From NCBI GenBank assembly GCA_032718475.1, contig JAUCBJ010003018.1, positions 1-50,932 of the forward strand: a stretch of 50,932 nucleotides of DNA, in the 5' to 3' direction. Shown here one piece after another: positions 12,214 through 23,423 of the stretch. Below the pieces are notes generated by a model. The model worked only from the letters and a program-made list of their open reading frames with translations, did not search any database and had not been told where the DNA came from. This DNA is from Nemertoderma westbladi (Eukaryota > Animalia > Xenacoelomorpha). Every line of letters starts with the position of its first letter. Within the stretch, counting starts at the first letter, position 1. The position numbers were made by a program, and so were the translations under genes.

Positions 12214-12288
12214 AAAAAAGAAAGACGTAGTCATGCTAAAACATTGCATTAGATTTGTAACGGTACTGGGAATGTATTTTTCCATTTG
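12214..12288 (-). CDS. ANO: Anoctamin alternative exon G3 (75 nt, QMEKYIPSTVTNLMQCFSMTTSFFF)
   Basis: ttttacag acceptor, gtgagt donor, phase 0-0, open frame, same length as and alignable with G1 and G2. Confidence 0.72.
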
Positions 12289-12497
12289 CTGTAAAACAGT
12301 AATTAATGACTTTGTTAATTATAGTCTAAAACTGTATACCAAGTACAAACCAGGCACAATAAAGTGTAGGCCTATATGACTAAATGTATCTGACAATTAA
12401 GAATTATTACAAAAAACAACTAGAGAATAAATGTCTGAGGATAACAGATGAGAATAATTAATGCTTCAACTGCTGGTTTCGAGTTATGTATATTTAC

Positions 12498-12572
12498 CAT
12501 AAAGCTGACAGTTGATACTGAAAATGTAATACAGGCTGTGTGATGTGCTACATGGAGGTGTGGTTCGATGCC
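12498..12572 (-). CDS. ANO: Anoctamin alternative exon G2 (75 nt, GIEPHLHVAHHTACITFSVSTVSFM)
   Basis: ttcttctcag acceptor, gtaaat donor, phase 0-0, EP at positions 3-4 and terminal FM as in G1. Confidence 0.78.
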
Positions 12573-12869
12573 CTGAGAAGAAATTAATTAAACATTCAAT
12601 TAATGTTTTAATTAGTTGTTTGTATCTACGTTGGAAGGGTAGCTATAGACTTCGCGTACAGTACCAAGGCCTAGAGAGGTAGAGATATGTAGACTTCGAT
12701 TATTATAATGTAAAAAAGTAGATAAAAGTGAATAATCATGCTTTTATCTTTAGAAGGGGGAATGACAGTAACAAAATAGAGCATGCAAGACATTATTTGG
12801 TGCTTGCGATTACTATCATGCATACTAGAGATGCATACTAGTACTGGAAGAGGAATTCATTCTATTTAC

Positions 12870-12944
12870 CATAAATAACATTGGCGTAAATGCGACAATT
12901 ATTCGTGGTATTTTGAAGTAACTTGGCATAAAGGGTTCCACAAG
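12870..12944 (-). CDS. ANO: Anoctamin alternative exon G1 (75 nt, LVEPFMPSYFKIPRIIVAFTPMLFM)
   Basis: ttgttacag acceptor, gtaaat donor. Continues ...RVNPITQ in phase 0 with the conserved EP..P motif preceding TM3. Confidence 0.85.
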
Positions 12945-13474
12945 CTGTAACAAATGATATTATAAGACAGTAGATATGTTCCTATACTTAAAGGAAAAGG
13001 TCCCATGAGCTGTAACAAATGATATTATAAGACAGTAGATATGTTCCTATACTTAAAGGAAAAGGTCCCATCAGCTGTAACAAATGATATTATAAGACAG
13101 TAGATATGTTCCTATACTTAAAGGAAAAGGTCCCATCAGCTGTAACAAATGATATTATAAGACAGTAGATACGTTCCTATACTTAAAGGAAAAGGTCCCA
13201 TCAGCTGTAACAAATGATATTATAAGACAGTAGATATGTTCCTATACTTAAAGGAAAAGGTCCCATCAGCTGTAACAAATGATATTATAAGACAGTAGAT
13301 ACGTTCCTATACTTAAAGGAAAAGGTCCCATCAGCTGTAACAAATGATATTATAAGACAGTAGATATGTTCCTATACTTAAAGGAAAAGGTCCCATCAGC
13401 TGTAACAAATGATATTATAAGACTGTAGATATGTTCCTATACTTAAAGGAAAAGGTCCCATCAGCTGTAACAAA
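12943..13474. repeat. 65-bp tandem array (8 copies + 12 bp) containing the splice acceptor of exon G1
   Basis: Units start at 12943, 13008 ... 13463 and are nearly identical. Each carries TTTGTTACAG|CT on the minus strand. Confidence 0.97.
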
Positions 13475-13719
13475 AATTATTAAATGTGTCTTCAAATCGT
13501 CTGCAATGATAGAAAAATACCGGTTATTAAATTATATAAAGTATATAGTAGTTATTTTCGAAGTGACTGAGTGGAACATAATTATTGAAAAATATAATAC
13601 AAAGAAATATTAATTTGTAAACCACCTGACACACATAAGGTTGATGTTGATAGAGATTTAAAAGTTTATGTATAAAGTATATATATATATTTCAATTGTA
13701 TGTATTCTCAAAGAATATA

Positions 13720-15595
13720 CAGGGTGTTCCACAAAATTTGACACGTTTTTGTTTTTTAATAACTTTGCGCGATCTCAACCTAATTTCCTAGTTTTGGTGG
13801 CAATTTGAAGCCAAAAGATAAACTTAAACTTTGGTTTGGGTATGGAATATTTTAGTTGCCATGGTAACATACATTATTCACACTAACACTTATTCTGAAA
13901 AATAGTATGAAATGTTCTCAGATAATTTATGAGGGAGATGTTGAATATAAGACAAATTTTAAATATTGATCTAAATTAAGTATTAGTGAAGTCATAGTAA
14001 CAATCTAAATTTATTTATTCTAGACAACATCATCACTATCTGTAGCTTTAAGTGTGTTTTAATTGTGCATTTGTTACATATTGGTACATGTGTTGCATAT
14101 TGGTTGTCTACTGTTATTGATGTCTTCATGGTTAGGCCTACAGTCACTACATAATTACAGCATATAAACTTTTTTGGTTACATTTAGATGTCAATTTAAT
14201 AACTAATATGTTTTCTGGAGATCAGAAAGTTTTCATCATAAGTAAGTTTTTTGAGCTGAAATCTGCAAAACTTGTATCACTACAGTATTCCCATAAATAT
14301 CCTGGAGAAAGGCGACCTGACCTACAAGGAAAGACATATCTAGGATTGTCATTAAATTTCGAAACGAAAAAACGCTTTTGCGTAAGAAAGGTTCCGGTAG
14401 ATGCCCCTTAGTGAAAATGTTGTTAATAATATTGGCCAATATTTAACCGCACACCCAGAAACCTCATTACGTAGAGCATCATTGGCTCTAAATGTTAGTC
14501 TTGGATGTTTGCATAGGACTGCAAAGAATCTCCACTTTAGAGCTTACAAACTCCAAGTCGTTCATGGACTACAATCCTCAGATTATTCAACACGAGTAGA
14601 AGCCGCTTCTAAAATAGCAGAGTACCTCCATGATAAGGACCTGAAGTAACGTGTTCTTCAGCGACGAGGCAACTTTTCATATCAACGGCCAAGTAAACAG
14701 ATGGAATTGTAGGATTTGGGGAAAGGAGAATCCTCATAAAATTGTAGAAAAGTTTAGGGATACCCCAAAGGTTACAGTGTGGGCTGCGATGTCCGAAACC
14801 AAACTAATTGGCACCTATTTCTTCCCCCATTCTACTGTAAACAGGTTCTCTTACCTAGACTTGCTAAAGGACTACTTTGTTCCCCAGTTATCAAATCTCT
14901 CCACGGCAATCTTCCAACAAGACGGTGCACCACCCCACTGCTGCACTGGGGCTTATTGGTAAGAGAGTTTCTCAATGAAAACTTTCAGGGACGATGGATC
15001 GGTCGAGATGCTCCTGTAAAGTGGCCGCCACGATCACCAGACATGACTCCCTTGGATTTTAGTCTATGGGAGCATGTGAAGAATCTAGTGTACGCCCAGA
15101 ATCTTCAAAATGTTGAGGAACTGAAGACGGCAATTCGGGATGCCTTTAGTTCATTGTCCCAGGATTACTTCGCTAATTGCTTCAAGGAGATGCGCAGAAG
15201 ACTGGATCACGTCCAGCATATTGGAGGGGGACATATTGAAGTGTATTAGTAGTAAATTATTATAATTAATTAAATTAAATTAGTATAAAGTAGTAGTAAA
15301 CTCATTGTAAACTTACCCAATATTAAACTATTTTAGCCCACTACCTATATGTTTCATTATTTCACTAATATGTGCAGTTTTATACCTTTATATTGATAGT
15401 AAAATTAAGTGGATAATCAAACTCTTGTTTTATATAGCAACATTAAGTTTCCATAGCAACTAAAACATGCCATACCCAAACCAAAGTTTAAGTTTATCTT
15501 TCGGCTTCCGATTGCCACCAAAACTAGGAAATTAGGTTGAGATCGCGCAAAGTTATTAAAAAACAAAACCGTGTCAAATTTTGTGGAACACCCTG
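13720..15595 (+). mobile_element. Tc1/mariner-superfamily transposon, DD41D (rosa-like) type, with ~148-bp TIRs and TA TSD
   Basis: TA|CAGGGTGTTCCACAAAATTTGACACG ... CGTGTCAAATTTTGTGGAACACCCTG|TA. Inverted similarity runs over 13720-13868 and 15448-15595, with an internal transposase. Confidence 0.95.
14208..15249 (+). pseudogene. Frameshifted DD41D transposase
   Basis: Split over four ORFs. Motifs FSDEATF, QQDGAPPH and WPPRSPDMTPLDF. Removing the 8-bp insertion near 14936-14943 gives 41 residues between the second and third catalytic Asp. Confidence 0.9.
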
Positions 15596-15964
15596 TATTT
15601 AATAACTGTAAATATTACAGTATTATTGGAGAATTATCACATTTCTAAAACATGTTTAGTTGTTGTGCTAAATAAATAATTAGCTGAAGAATAAATCCAA
15701 TAGACCTACACTTTTCACAATACACTAATTTATCCCAGAGGAATTCCTTCACAAATAAGTACAACAAATAAGTTAACATTTGCAAATGTCACAATTTTAG
15801 TACACACTACACACTTGAGGTTGCAAAGTACTTTACAGCGTTCCGATACTCGCCGCTTTACTTTACTCACTCACATCACACGTTGTTGTACCACCTCGAT
15901 GACTGTTTCAGTCACATAATTTTTAACTTTTCCGTAAATAAAATAACTATGGATCACTCGTTAC

Positions 15965-16110
15965 CTGGGTAATCGGGTTAACCCTCGACTGCTTGGCTTT
16001 GGCCTCGAACTCGGGCCTTATCTGCTCCTCTTCCTCCTCGAAACCAAATAAATCCCAGTCGTAATCGATCTCGTTTTGGAGCCGCTTCCAAAACTCGAGA
16101 AACGTTGTAG
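15965..16110 (-). CDS. ANO: Anoctamin exon F (146 nt, [A][48 protein letters not shown])
   Basis: tttatttag acceptor, gtaacg donor, phase matches exon E, conserved FLEFWKR and RPEF. Confidence 0.93.
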
Positions 16111-16244
16111 CTAAATAAACCAATAATTATAGAACAACATAATGTAAATTTATTCATAAATAACAAACATTTATAACATGGCCGGCCACATTGGCCTACT
16201 TTATTTGCCGCCCATGAAAAATAATGAAACGAAAACTACCCAGT

Positions 16245-17075
16245 CATTTATCAATCGATTCGTTTGAAATTTTCAGTGAATGGTTTTGACATATTGGCCA
16301 ATAAAACTTGTAGACAGAAATTTCAAATTTTAATCAGAAGACTAATGTTAACTAAAAAATATAAAGTGTGTTTTATTTTTGGCCGATATTTTGTCATATA
16401 ATCGGCTCAAAACATAACTTAACACTCAAAATTTCAAAATTCTGTCTACAAGTTTTATTGGTTAATATGCCAAGCTATTCACTTAAAATTCAAACGAATT
16501 GATTAAAAAATGATGGAGTAGATAGGTTTTGAGTAAAGTAAAAAATGATAAATAACTTTCTGAGTAAAATACGTTAAAGTTTGAACCTTCCCGCGTAAAT
16601 TGGTCAGTCTCTATGTGACAGCCAAATTAATTAATTTAAATAGTCTTATATTAATGATTTTAAGGAAACAGACAGCTGGAATTCTCAATACGGGGGTTTT
16701 AGTATTAGCTGATTTCAATTCTGATGCCAGTTTTCAAGTTTGGCCAAATCTAGTCTGTTTGTCTAGCTGTATGTCGTATTGTCTGTCTATCTGTTGGTTT
16801 GTCCGTCAAAATATAATAAAACACTCGAAATATCTAAAAGTTTCGCTTTGGGGGTTTTCCTGGTCGGTGATTTCATTTCCGATGTCAGTTTTAATTTTTG
16901 ACTGAATTTTTTCTGTCTATTTATTAGTCTGGCTGTCTGCCTTTCTGTCTGTTCGAATGTCGGTTAACATAAAAAAAAACACACATTGTAGCTAACATTT
17001 TCATTATGGGGGTTTTCGGGGTCGCTGATTTCATTTCCGATGTCAGTTTTGATGTTCGGCAAAATCTAGTCTGTT
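16245..17075. repeat. Probable non-autonomous element remnant(s): ~88-bp inverted repeat plus three diverged ~160-bp direct repeats
   Basis: 16245-16332 is inverted at 16426-16513. GGGGTTTT..G.C..TGATTTCA.TTC.GATG.CAGTTTT recurs near 16692, 16850 and 17008, with CTGT-rich spacers. Confidence 0.55.
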
Positions 17076-17483
17076 TGTTTGTCGAGAAACACATTTTTTC
17101 GCGACAATAATGTTAATTTTATTTTTATGGAAACATGCCATTGTAAAATTACCATAAGCTCCAAAACTAAACACGTTAAGAAGTCATAACTTACATATTC
17201 GGATTCGCCATTAAATTCTGCACACAAATCGACAAAAATTAAGGTTTTTGATTTTTTATCGTAAAAAAGGTAAAGTAACCCCCCCCCCCCCCCCCCCCCC
17301 CCTTATAGTCCTAATTATGAACAAAGGCGAATCTATTTGTATTTATGCGTGAGGATAACTATTTACATACATGTGTGTAAAGTAGCACTTTACAGTGTGA
17401 TGATCCGAGTGGCTTTGTTACACGAACGAACGTTAGTGAGAGAGTGAAAATAAAGCCACGACGATCAGAACACTGTAAAGTAT

Positions 17484-17731
17484 CAAGCAAAGCAAAAAAA
17501 GCAAGCAAACAGTCGGCCGAAGCCGGAGGCGACCCGAAGGCTCCTCTTTCATTAGCTTCTACCCGAGGGTAGGGGTGGGCGCTACTCCTATCCCAAGATT
17601 TGCTCCCAGTTATTTAACTGGTACTCATTTCATCGACCACAGTGGATGAAAGGCTGAGTGGACCCTGGCGGGGCTGAACCTACAACCAATAGATTGCAGG
17701 CCCGGCGCTCAACCAACTGAGCTACCCCGCC
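17484..17731 (-). mobile_element. tRNA-derived SINE
   Basis: Minus strand starts GGCGGGGTAGCTCAGTTGGTTGAGCG (A box) ... GGTTCAGCCC (B-box-like). Body CACTCAGCCTTTCATCC...AATGAGTACCAG, ending in a (TTGC/TTTGC)n tail. Confidence 0.82.
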
Positions 17732-18024
17732 TTGTATACTTTGTATCAAGTATGTATGTAGTTTTATTCCAAAATTTCAACATTACGAAATGTTTGTACA
17801 TATACATTATAAGTGATAGAAACTAGACAAATTATATTAGTTGCTGTATAAATAAATGTAAAAATGACATAAATTATGTTATAAATAAGTTAGCTTATAT
17901 TTATGGTGGCGTTTGGAGCCATGTTATAATAATATAGCTAGGCCCTACTGGTTATTAATAGCTATACCCCACCTACCGGTAGGTAATGCAGTAGGCCTAT
18001 CTGGCTGTCAGGCAAATTTCCACC

Positions 18025-18115
18025 TATTGTTTATGTGGTATCCAATGACGGCGTTAAGTAATGTCCCCTTAGTGGACATTACTTAACACCGTCATGGGTT
18101 ACCACGTAAACAATA
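18025..18115. repeat. Imperfect palindrome (~42-bp arms, 7-nt loop)
   Basis: TATTGTTTATGTGGTATCCAATGACGGCGTTAAGTAATGTCC-ccttagt-GGACATTACTTAACACCGTCATGGGTTACCACGTAAACAATA. Confidence 0.85.
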
Positions 18116-18325
18116 ATACCAAATACAATACTAAATGTACAGGCCAATACAATACAGTAATGTCCTCTAAAGTTGTAAAGTCCTAAATAACAACTCTCTG
18201 TTAATACTAACGGCGTTGAGTAATGTTACAATTTTGGAATAAACATATTCAAATATTTACACATTCTAGAACAACCTTGTAACATGAACGCATTACCATG
18301 TTAATTATTAATACTCTCATTTCGT

Positions 18326-18392
18326 ATCAAATTAGCATAGTGGATAACGCGTCGGGTTATGAATGTAAAGGCCGCTGGTTCGATTCTGACCT
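18326..18392 (+). other. Degenerate tRNA-like / SINE head fragment
   Basis: A-box TAGCATAGTGG and B-box GGTTCGATTC at tRNA-like spacing, with no convincing cloverleaf. Confidence 0.45.
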
Positions 18393-18609
18393 ATTACAAT
18401 TTTGTAAGTTTTAAGTAGAGGTAATAATAGTGAATTAGTGTGTATTGGAATGACGTCATGTTATTATATTTAGAATGACGCGGTGACTTACATATAGTAG
18501 TAAATATATGGCGTAGGGAAATACTGAGAAATAATGTCGCATATAAAATTGGAATATATGTCGCCATCGCATAAATTCCATACAAATAAATAATAAGTGA
18601 ATTTCTTAC

Positions 18610-18773
18610 CCCAAATAGCCATAAATATAGAGAAGAAGACCGTGCCGGCGTTGTCGAACAGATGCGTCGCTCTGATAGTAGAGCAACTCTCCTTCAGGTG
18701 CCAATACGGACACAGTTGGTCGCACAGCGGACACATAACCTCCTCCCCCACTGCTCCATTGCAGACTTCATCG
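18610..18773 (-). CDS. ANO: Anoctamin exon E (164 nt, [S][54 protein letters not shown])
   Basis: aaacag acceptor, gtaaga donor, conserved Cys-rich extracellular loop and TM2. Confidence 0.95.
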
Positions 18774-19202
18774 CTGTTTAACGACACAATAATAGCATTT
18801 AATAAACTTACACGTTGTATTAATATAATCCATTAATTTCGAGTATTTGTGACAAATAGAGCCAACCCTAAGTAGTATATACTAAAGGTAGAACAGTTGA
18901 TTGAGTAAATTGATGTCAGTAAATCATTCAAATAAAATATAGATTGCATTTTTTAATACAATTTTCTTATAGTTTTCTATATATTTATTTTTAAGGTTAC
19001 ACCAGACAGGCTGTTATTTGTATTTATTTGCCATTTCATTTAATGCGGTCAATCAAGGGATTGTAGAAGTAAAGTGCAGCCAACATTACATGAAGATGTT
19101 GTATTTAACTGTCACTTCCGATATCGAACTTATCCTGATGCAGTTTACAGATACAAAAAATAGGGATACCAATAAGTTACTGATTCAATAAAATAAATTC
19201 AC

Positions 19203-19337
19203 CTTAATTTGTCGCCAATCATAGTGAAACAGCCGTAGATAAAGGCGATAAAACCAACAATGGCGGCGGGAATGAGGAATTCAGTGTAGAAACCCAACCA
19301 CGCAAAATAAATACCAACCTTCTCGCCAAAATATTTC
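19203..19337 (-). CDS. ANO: Anoctamin exon D (135 nt, [A][44 protein letters not shown])
   Basis: tttttag acceptor, gtgaat donor, [15 protein letters not shown] signature and TM1. Confidence 0.95.
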
Positions 19338-19532
19338 CTAAAAATTAATAATATGTTAATTAACTAAACAAGGTAAAATTAAAGCGATTTAAATAATTTT
19401 ACTAATAAATATAACTAGGCATATATAATTTAAATTTCAACAAAATATGATTTTTTGGAAATAATAGCGTAGTAATTCAGGTACATGGACATTTATGGCT
19501 ACTGGTCAGGAACAGAACTGGTACTATAAATG

Positions 19533-19572
19533 TAACACTAACGCAATGAGGTTAACACTAACGCAATGAGGT
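19533..19572. repeat. Exact 20-bp tandem duplication spanning the donor of exon C
   Basis: TAACACTAACGCAATGAGGT x2, which is ACCTCATTGC|GTTAGTGTTA x2 on the minus strand. Confidence 0.95.
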
Positions 19573-19684
19573 CTAACGGCTGGTACTTGTAATAGCGTCT
19601 CGGTCGGGCCCAGAATTCGTACAACAAATGTCTCTCATTCTTAGCCCCGTCAACCAATACCGAGCCTTCGAAGGAGAAGTCGCC
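19563..19684 (-). CDS. ANO: Anoctamin exon C (122 nt, GDFSFEGSVLVDGAKNERHLLYEFWARPRRYYKYQPLDLI)
   Basis: atttag acceptor, gttagt donor. Completes PLHD|G and contains R.LLY..WA and KYQPLDLI. Confidence 0.95.
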
Positions 19685-19945
19685 CTAAATATTAAATAAA
19701 TAACTACAGTTTATAAAATAGATAATGGGGAGTGTCTTTAGCAGGAGACCCAATAGATAAACTGACCACATTAATTAACCAATAACATCCATCAATACTG
19801 GCTAATAACACGTTATTGTCGTAGATAATTAATTACCTACATTAAAAAAATCGGGTCGCAAAAAAACTCATCAAAATTGAGTAACTAGAGTGTTCTGATT
19901 TTAATACAAATACAGAAATAAATAATTTGTAATACAGTTTAATAC

Positions 19946-22900
19946 ACGCGGCAGTGAATATACCGTTATTCAGTAACTTACATCGTGTAATGGGTACGTG
20001 GCTGTGAATGTACCGTTATTCAGTAACTTACATCGTGTAACGGGTACGCGGCTGTGAATGTACCGTTATTCAGTAACTTACATCGTGTAACGGGTACGCG
20101 GCTGTGAATGTACCGTTATTCAGTAACTTACATCGTGTAACGGGTACGCGGCTGTGAATGTACCGTTATTCAGTAACTTACATCGTGTAACGGGTACGCG
20201 GCTGTGAATGTACCGTTATTCAGTAACTTACATCGTGTAACGGGTACGTGGCTGTGAATGTACCGTTATTCAGTAACTTACATCGTGTAACGGGTACGCG
20301 GCTGTGAATGTACCGTTATTCAGTAACTTACATCGTGTAACGGGTACGCGGCATTGAATGTACCGTTATTCAGTAACTTACATCGTGTAACGGGTACGCG
20401 GCTGTGAATGTACCGTTATTCAGTAACTTACATCGTGTAACGGGTACGCGGCAGTGAATGTACCGTTATTCAGTAACTTACATCGTGTAACGGGTACGTG
20501 GCTGTGAATGTACCGTTATTCAGTAACTTACATCGTGTAACGGGTATGCGGCATTGAATGTACCGTTATTCAGTAACTTACATCGTGTAACGGGTACGTG
20601 GCAGTGAATGTACCGTTATTCAGTAACTTACATCGTGTAACGGGTACGCGGCTGTGAATGTACCGTTATTCAGTAACTTACATCGTGTAACGGGTACGTG
20701 GCTGTGAATGTACCGTTATTCAGTAACTTACATCGTGTAACGGGTACGCGGCTGTGAATGTACCGTTATTCAGTAACTTACATCGTGTAACGGGTACGCG
20801 GCTGTGAATGTACCGTTATTCAGTAACTTACATCGTGTAACGGGTACGCGGCTGTGAATGTACCGTTATTCAGTAACTTACATCGTGTAACGGGTATGCG
20901 GCATTGAATGTACCGTTATTCAGTAACTTACATCGTGTAACGGGTACGCGGCAGTGAATGTACCGTTATTCAGTAACTTACATCGTGTAATGGGTACGTG
21001 GCTGTGAATGTACCGTTATTCAGTAACTTACATCGTGTAACGGGTATGCGGCATTGAATGTACCGTTATTCAGTAACTTACATCGTGTAACGGGTACGTG
21101 GCTGTGAATGTACCGTTATTCAGTAACTTACATCGTGTAACGGGTACGCGGCAGTGAATGTACCGTTATTCAGTAACTTACATCGTGTAACGGGTACGCG
21201 GCTGTGAATGTACCGTTATTCAGTAACTTACATCGTGTAACGGGTACGTGGCAGTGAATGTACCGTTATTCAGTAACTTACATCGTGTAACGGGAACGTG
21301 GCTGTGAATGTACCGTTATTCAGTAACTTACATCGTGTAACGGGTACGTGGCAGTGAATGTACCGTTATTCAGTAACTTACATCGTGTAACGGGTACGCG
21401 GCAGTGAATGTACCGTTATTCAGTAACTTACATCGTGTAACGGGAACGTGGCTGTGAATGTACCGTTATTCAGTAACTTACATCGTGTAACGGGTACGCG
21501 GCATTGAATGTACCGTTATTCAGTAACTTACATCGTGTAACGGGTACGCGGCAGTGAATGTACCGTTATTCAGTAACTTACATCGTGTAACGGGTACGTG
21601 GCTGTAAATGTACCGATATTCAGTAACTTACATCGTGTAACGGGTACGCGGCAGTGAATGTACCGTTATTCAGTAACTTACATCGTGTAACGGGTACGTG
21701 GCTGTGAATGTACCGATATTCAGTAACTTACATCGTGTAACGGGTACGCGGCAGTGAATGTACCGTTATTCAGTAACTTACATCGTGTAACGGGTACGTG
21801 GCTGTGAATGTACCGTTATTCAGTAACTTACATCGTGTAACGGGTACGCGGCTGTGAATGTACCGTTATTCAGTAACTTACATCGTGTAACGGGTACGCG
21901 GCAGTGAATGTACCGTTATTCAGTAACTTACATCGTGTAACGGGTACGCGGCTGTGAATGTACCGTTATTCAGTAACTTACATCGTGTAACGGGTACGTG
22001 GCAGTGAATGTACCGTTATTCAGTAACTTACATCGTGTAACGGGAACGTGGCTGTGAATGTACCGTTATTCAGTAACTTACATCGTGTAACGGGTACGCG
22101 GCTGTGAATGTACCGTTATTCAGTAACTTACATCGTGTAACGGGTACGCGGCTGTGAATGTACCGTTATTCAGTAACTTACATCGTGTAACGGGTGCGTG
22201 GCTGTGAATGTACCGTTATTCAGTAACTTACATCGTGTAACGGGTACGTGGCAGTGAATGTACCGTTATTCAGTAACTTACATCGTGTAACGGGTACGCG
22301 GCAGTGAATGTACCGTTATTCAGTAACTTACATCGTGTAACGGGAACGTGGCTGTGAATGTACCGTTATTCAGTAACTTACATCGTGTAACGGGTACGCG
22401 GCATTGAATGTACCGTTATTCAGTAACTTACATCGTGTAACGGGTACGCGGCAGTGAATGTACCGTTATTCAGTAACTTACATCGTGTAACGGGTACGTG
22501 GCTGTGAATGTACCGATATTCAGTAACTTACATCGTGTAACGGGTACGCGGCAGTGAATGTACCGTTATTCAGTAACTTACATCGTGTAACGGGTACGTG
22601 GCTGTGAATGTACCGATATTCAGTAACTTACATCGTGTAACGGGTACGTGGCTGTGAATGTACCGTTATTCAGTAACTTACATCGTGTAACGGGAACGTG
22701 GCTGTGAATGTACCGTTATTCAGTAACTTACATCGTGTAACGGGTACGTGGCTGTGAATGTACCGTTATTCAGTAACTTACATCGTGTAACGGGTACGTG
22801 GCTGTGAATGTACCGTTATTCAGTAACTTACATCGTGTAACGGGTACGTGGCTGTGAATGTACCGTTATTCAGTAACTTACATCGTGTAACGGGTACACG

Positions 22901-23423
22901 GCAGTGAATGTACCGTTATTCAGTAACTTACATCGTGTAACGGGTACGCGGCATTGAATGTACCGTTATTCAGTAACTTACATCGTGTAACGGGTACGTG
23001 GCTGTGAATGTACCGTTATTCAGTAACTTACATCGTGTAACGGGTACGTGGCTGTGAATGTACCGTTATTCAGTAACTTACATCGTGTAACGGGTACATG
23101 GCTGTGAATGTACCGTTATTCAGTAACTTACATCGTGTAACGGGTACGTGGCTGTGAATGTACCGTTATTCAGTAACTTACATCGTGTAACGGGTACGTG
23201 GCTGTGAATGTACCGTTATTCAGTAACTTACATCGTGTAACGGGTACGCGGCAGTGAATGTACCGTTATTCAGTAACTTACATCGTGTAACGGGTACGTG
23301 GCAGTGAATGTACCGTTATTCAGTAACTTACATCGTGTAACGGGTGCGTGGCTGTGAATGTACCGTTATTCAGTAACTTACATCGTGTAACGGGTATGCG
23401 GCATTGAATGTTCCGTTATTCAG
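19946..23423. repeat. 50-bp tandem array (~69 copies): last 42 nt of exon B plus donor GTAAGTTA
   Basis: Unit TACCGTTATTCAGTAACTTACATCGTGTAACGGGTACGCGGCTGTGAATG. The reverse complement encodes LNNGTF(T/N)AAYPLHD followed by GTAAGT. The terminal unit is the real exon end. Confidence 0.98.

Noticed and set aside
15978-16166. ORF 15978..16166 (-) as an independent gene
   Set aside because: It is an alternative frame overlapping anoctamin exon F. Likewise, ORFs 18488..18787 and 23370..23570 are exons extended into intron.
17660-17731. Functional tRNA gene
   Set aside because: The tRNA-like head has an imperfect T arm and acceptor stem, and continues into a SINE body and simple-repeat tail.
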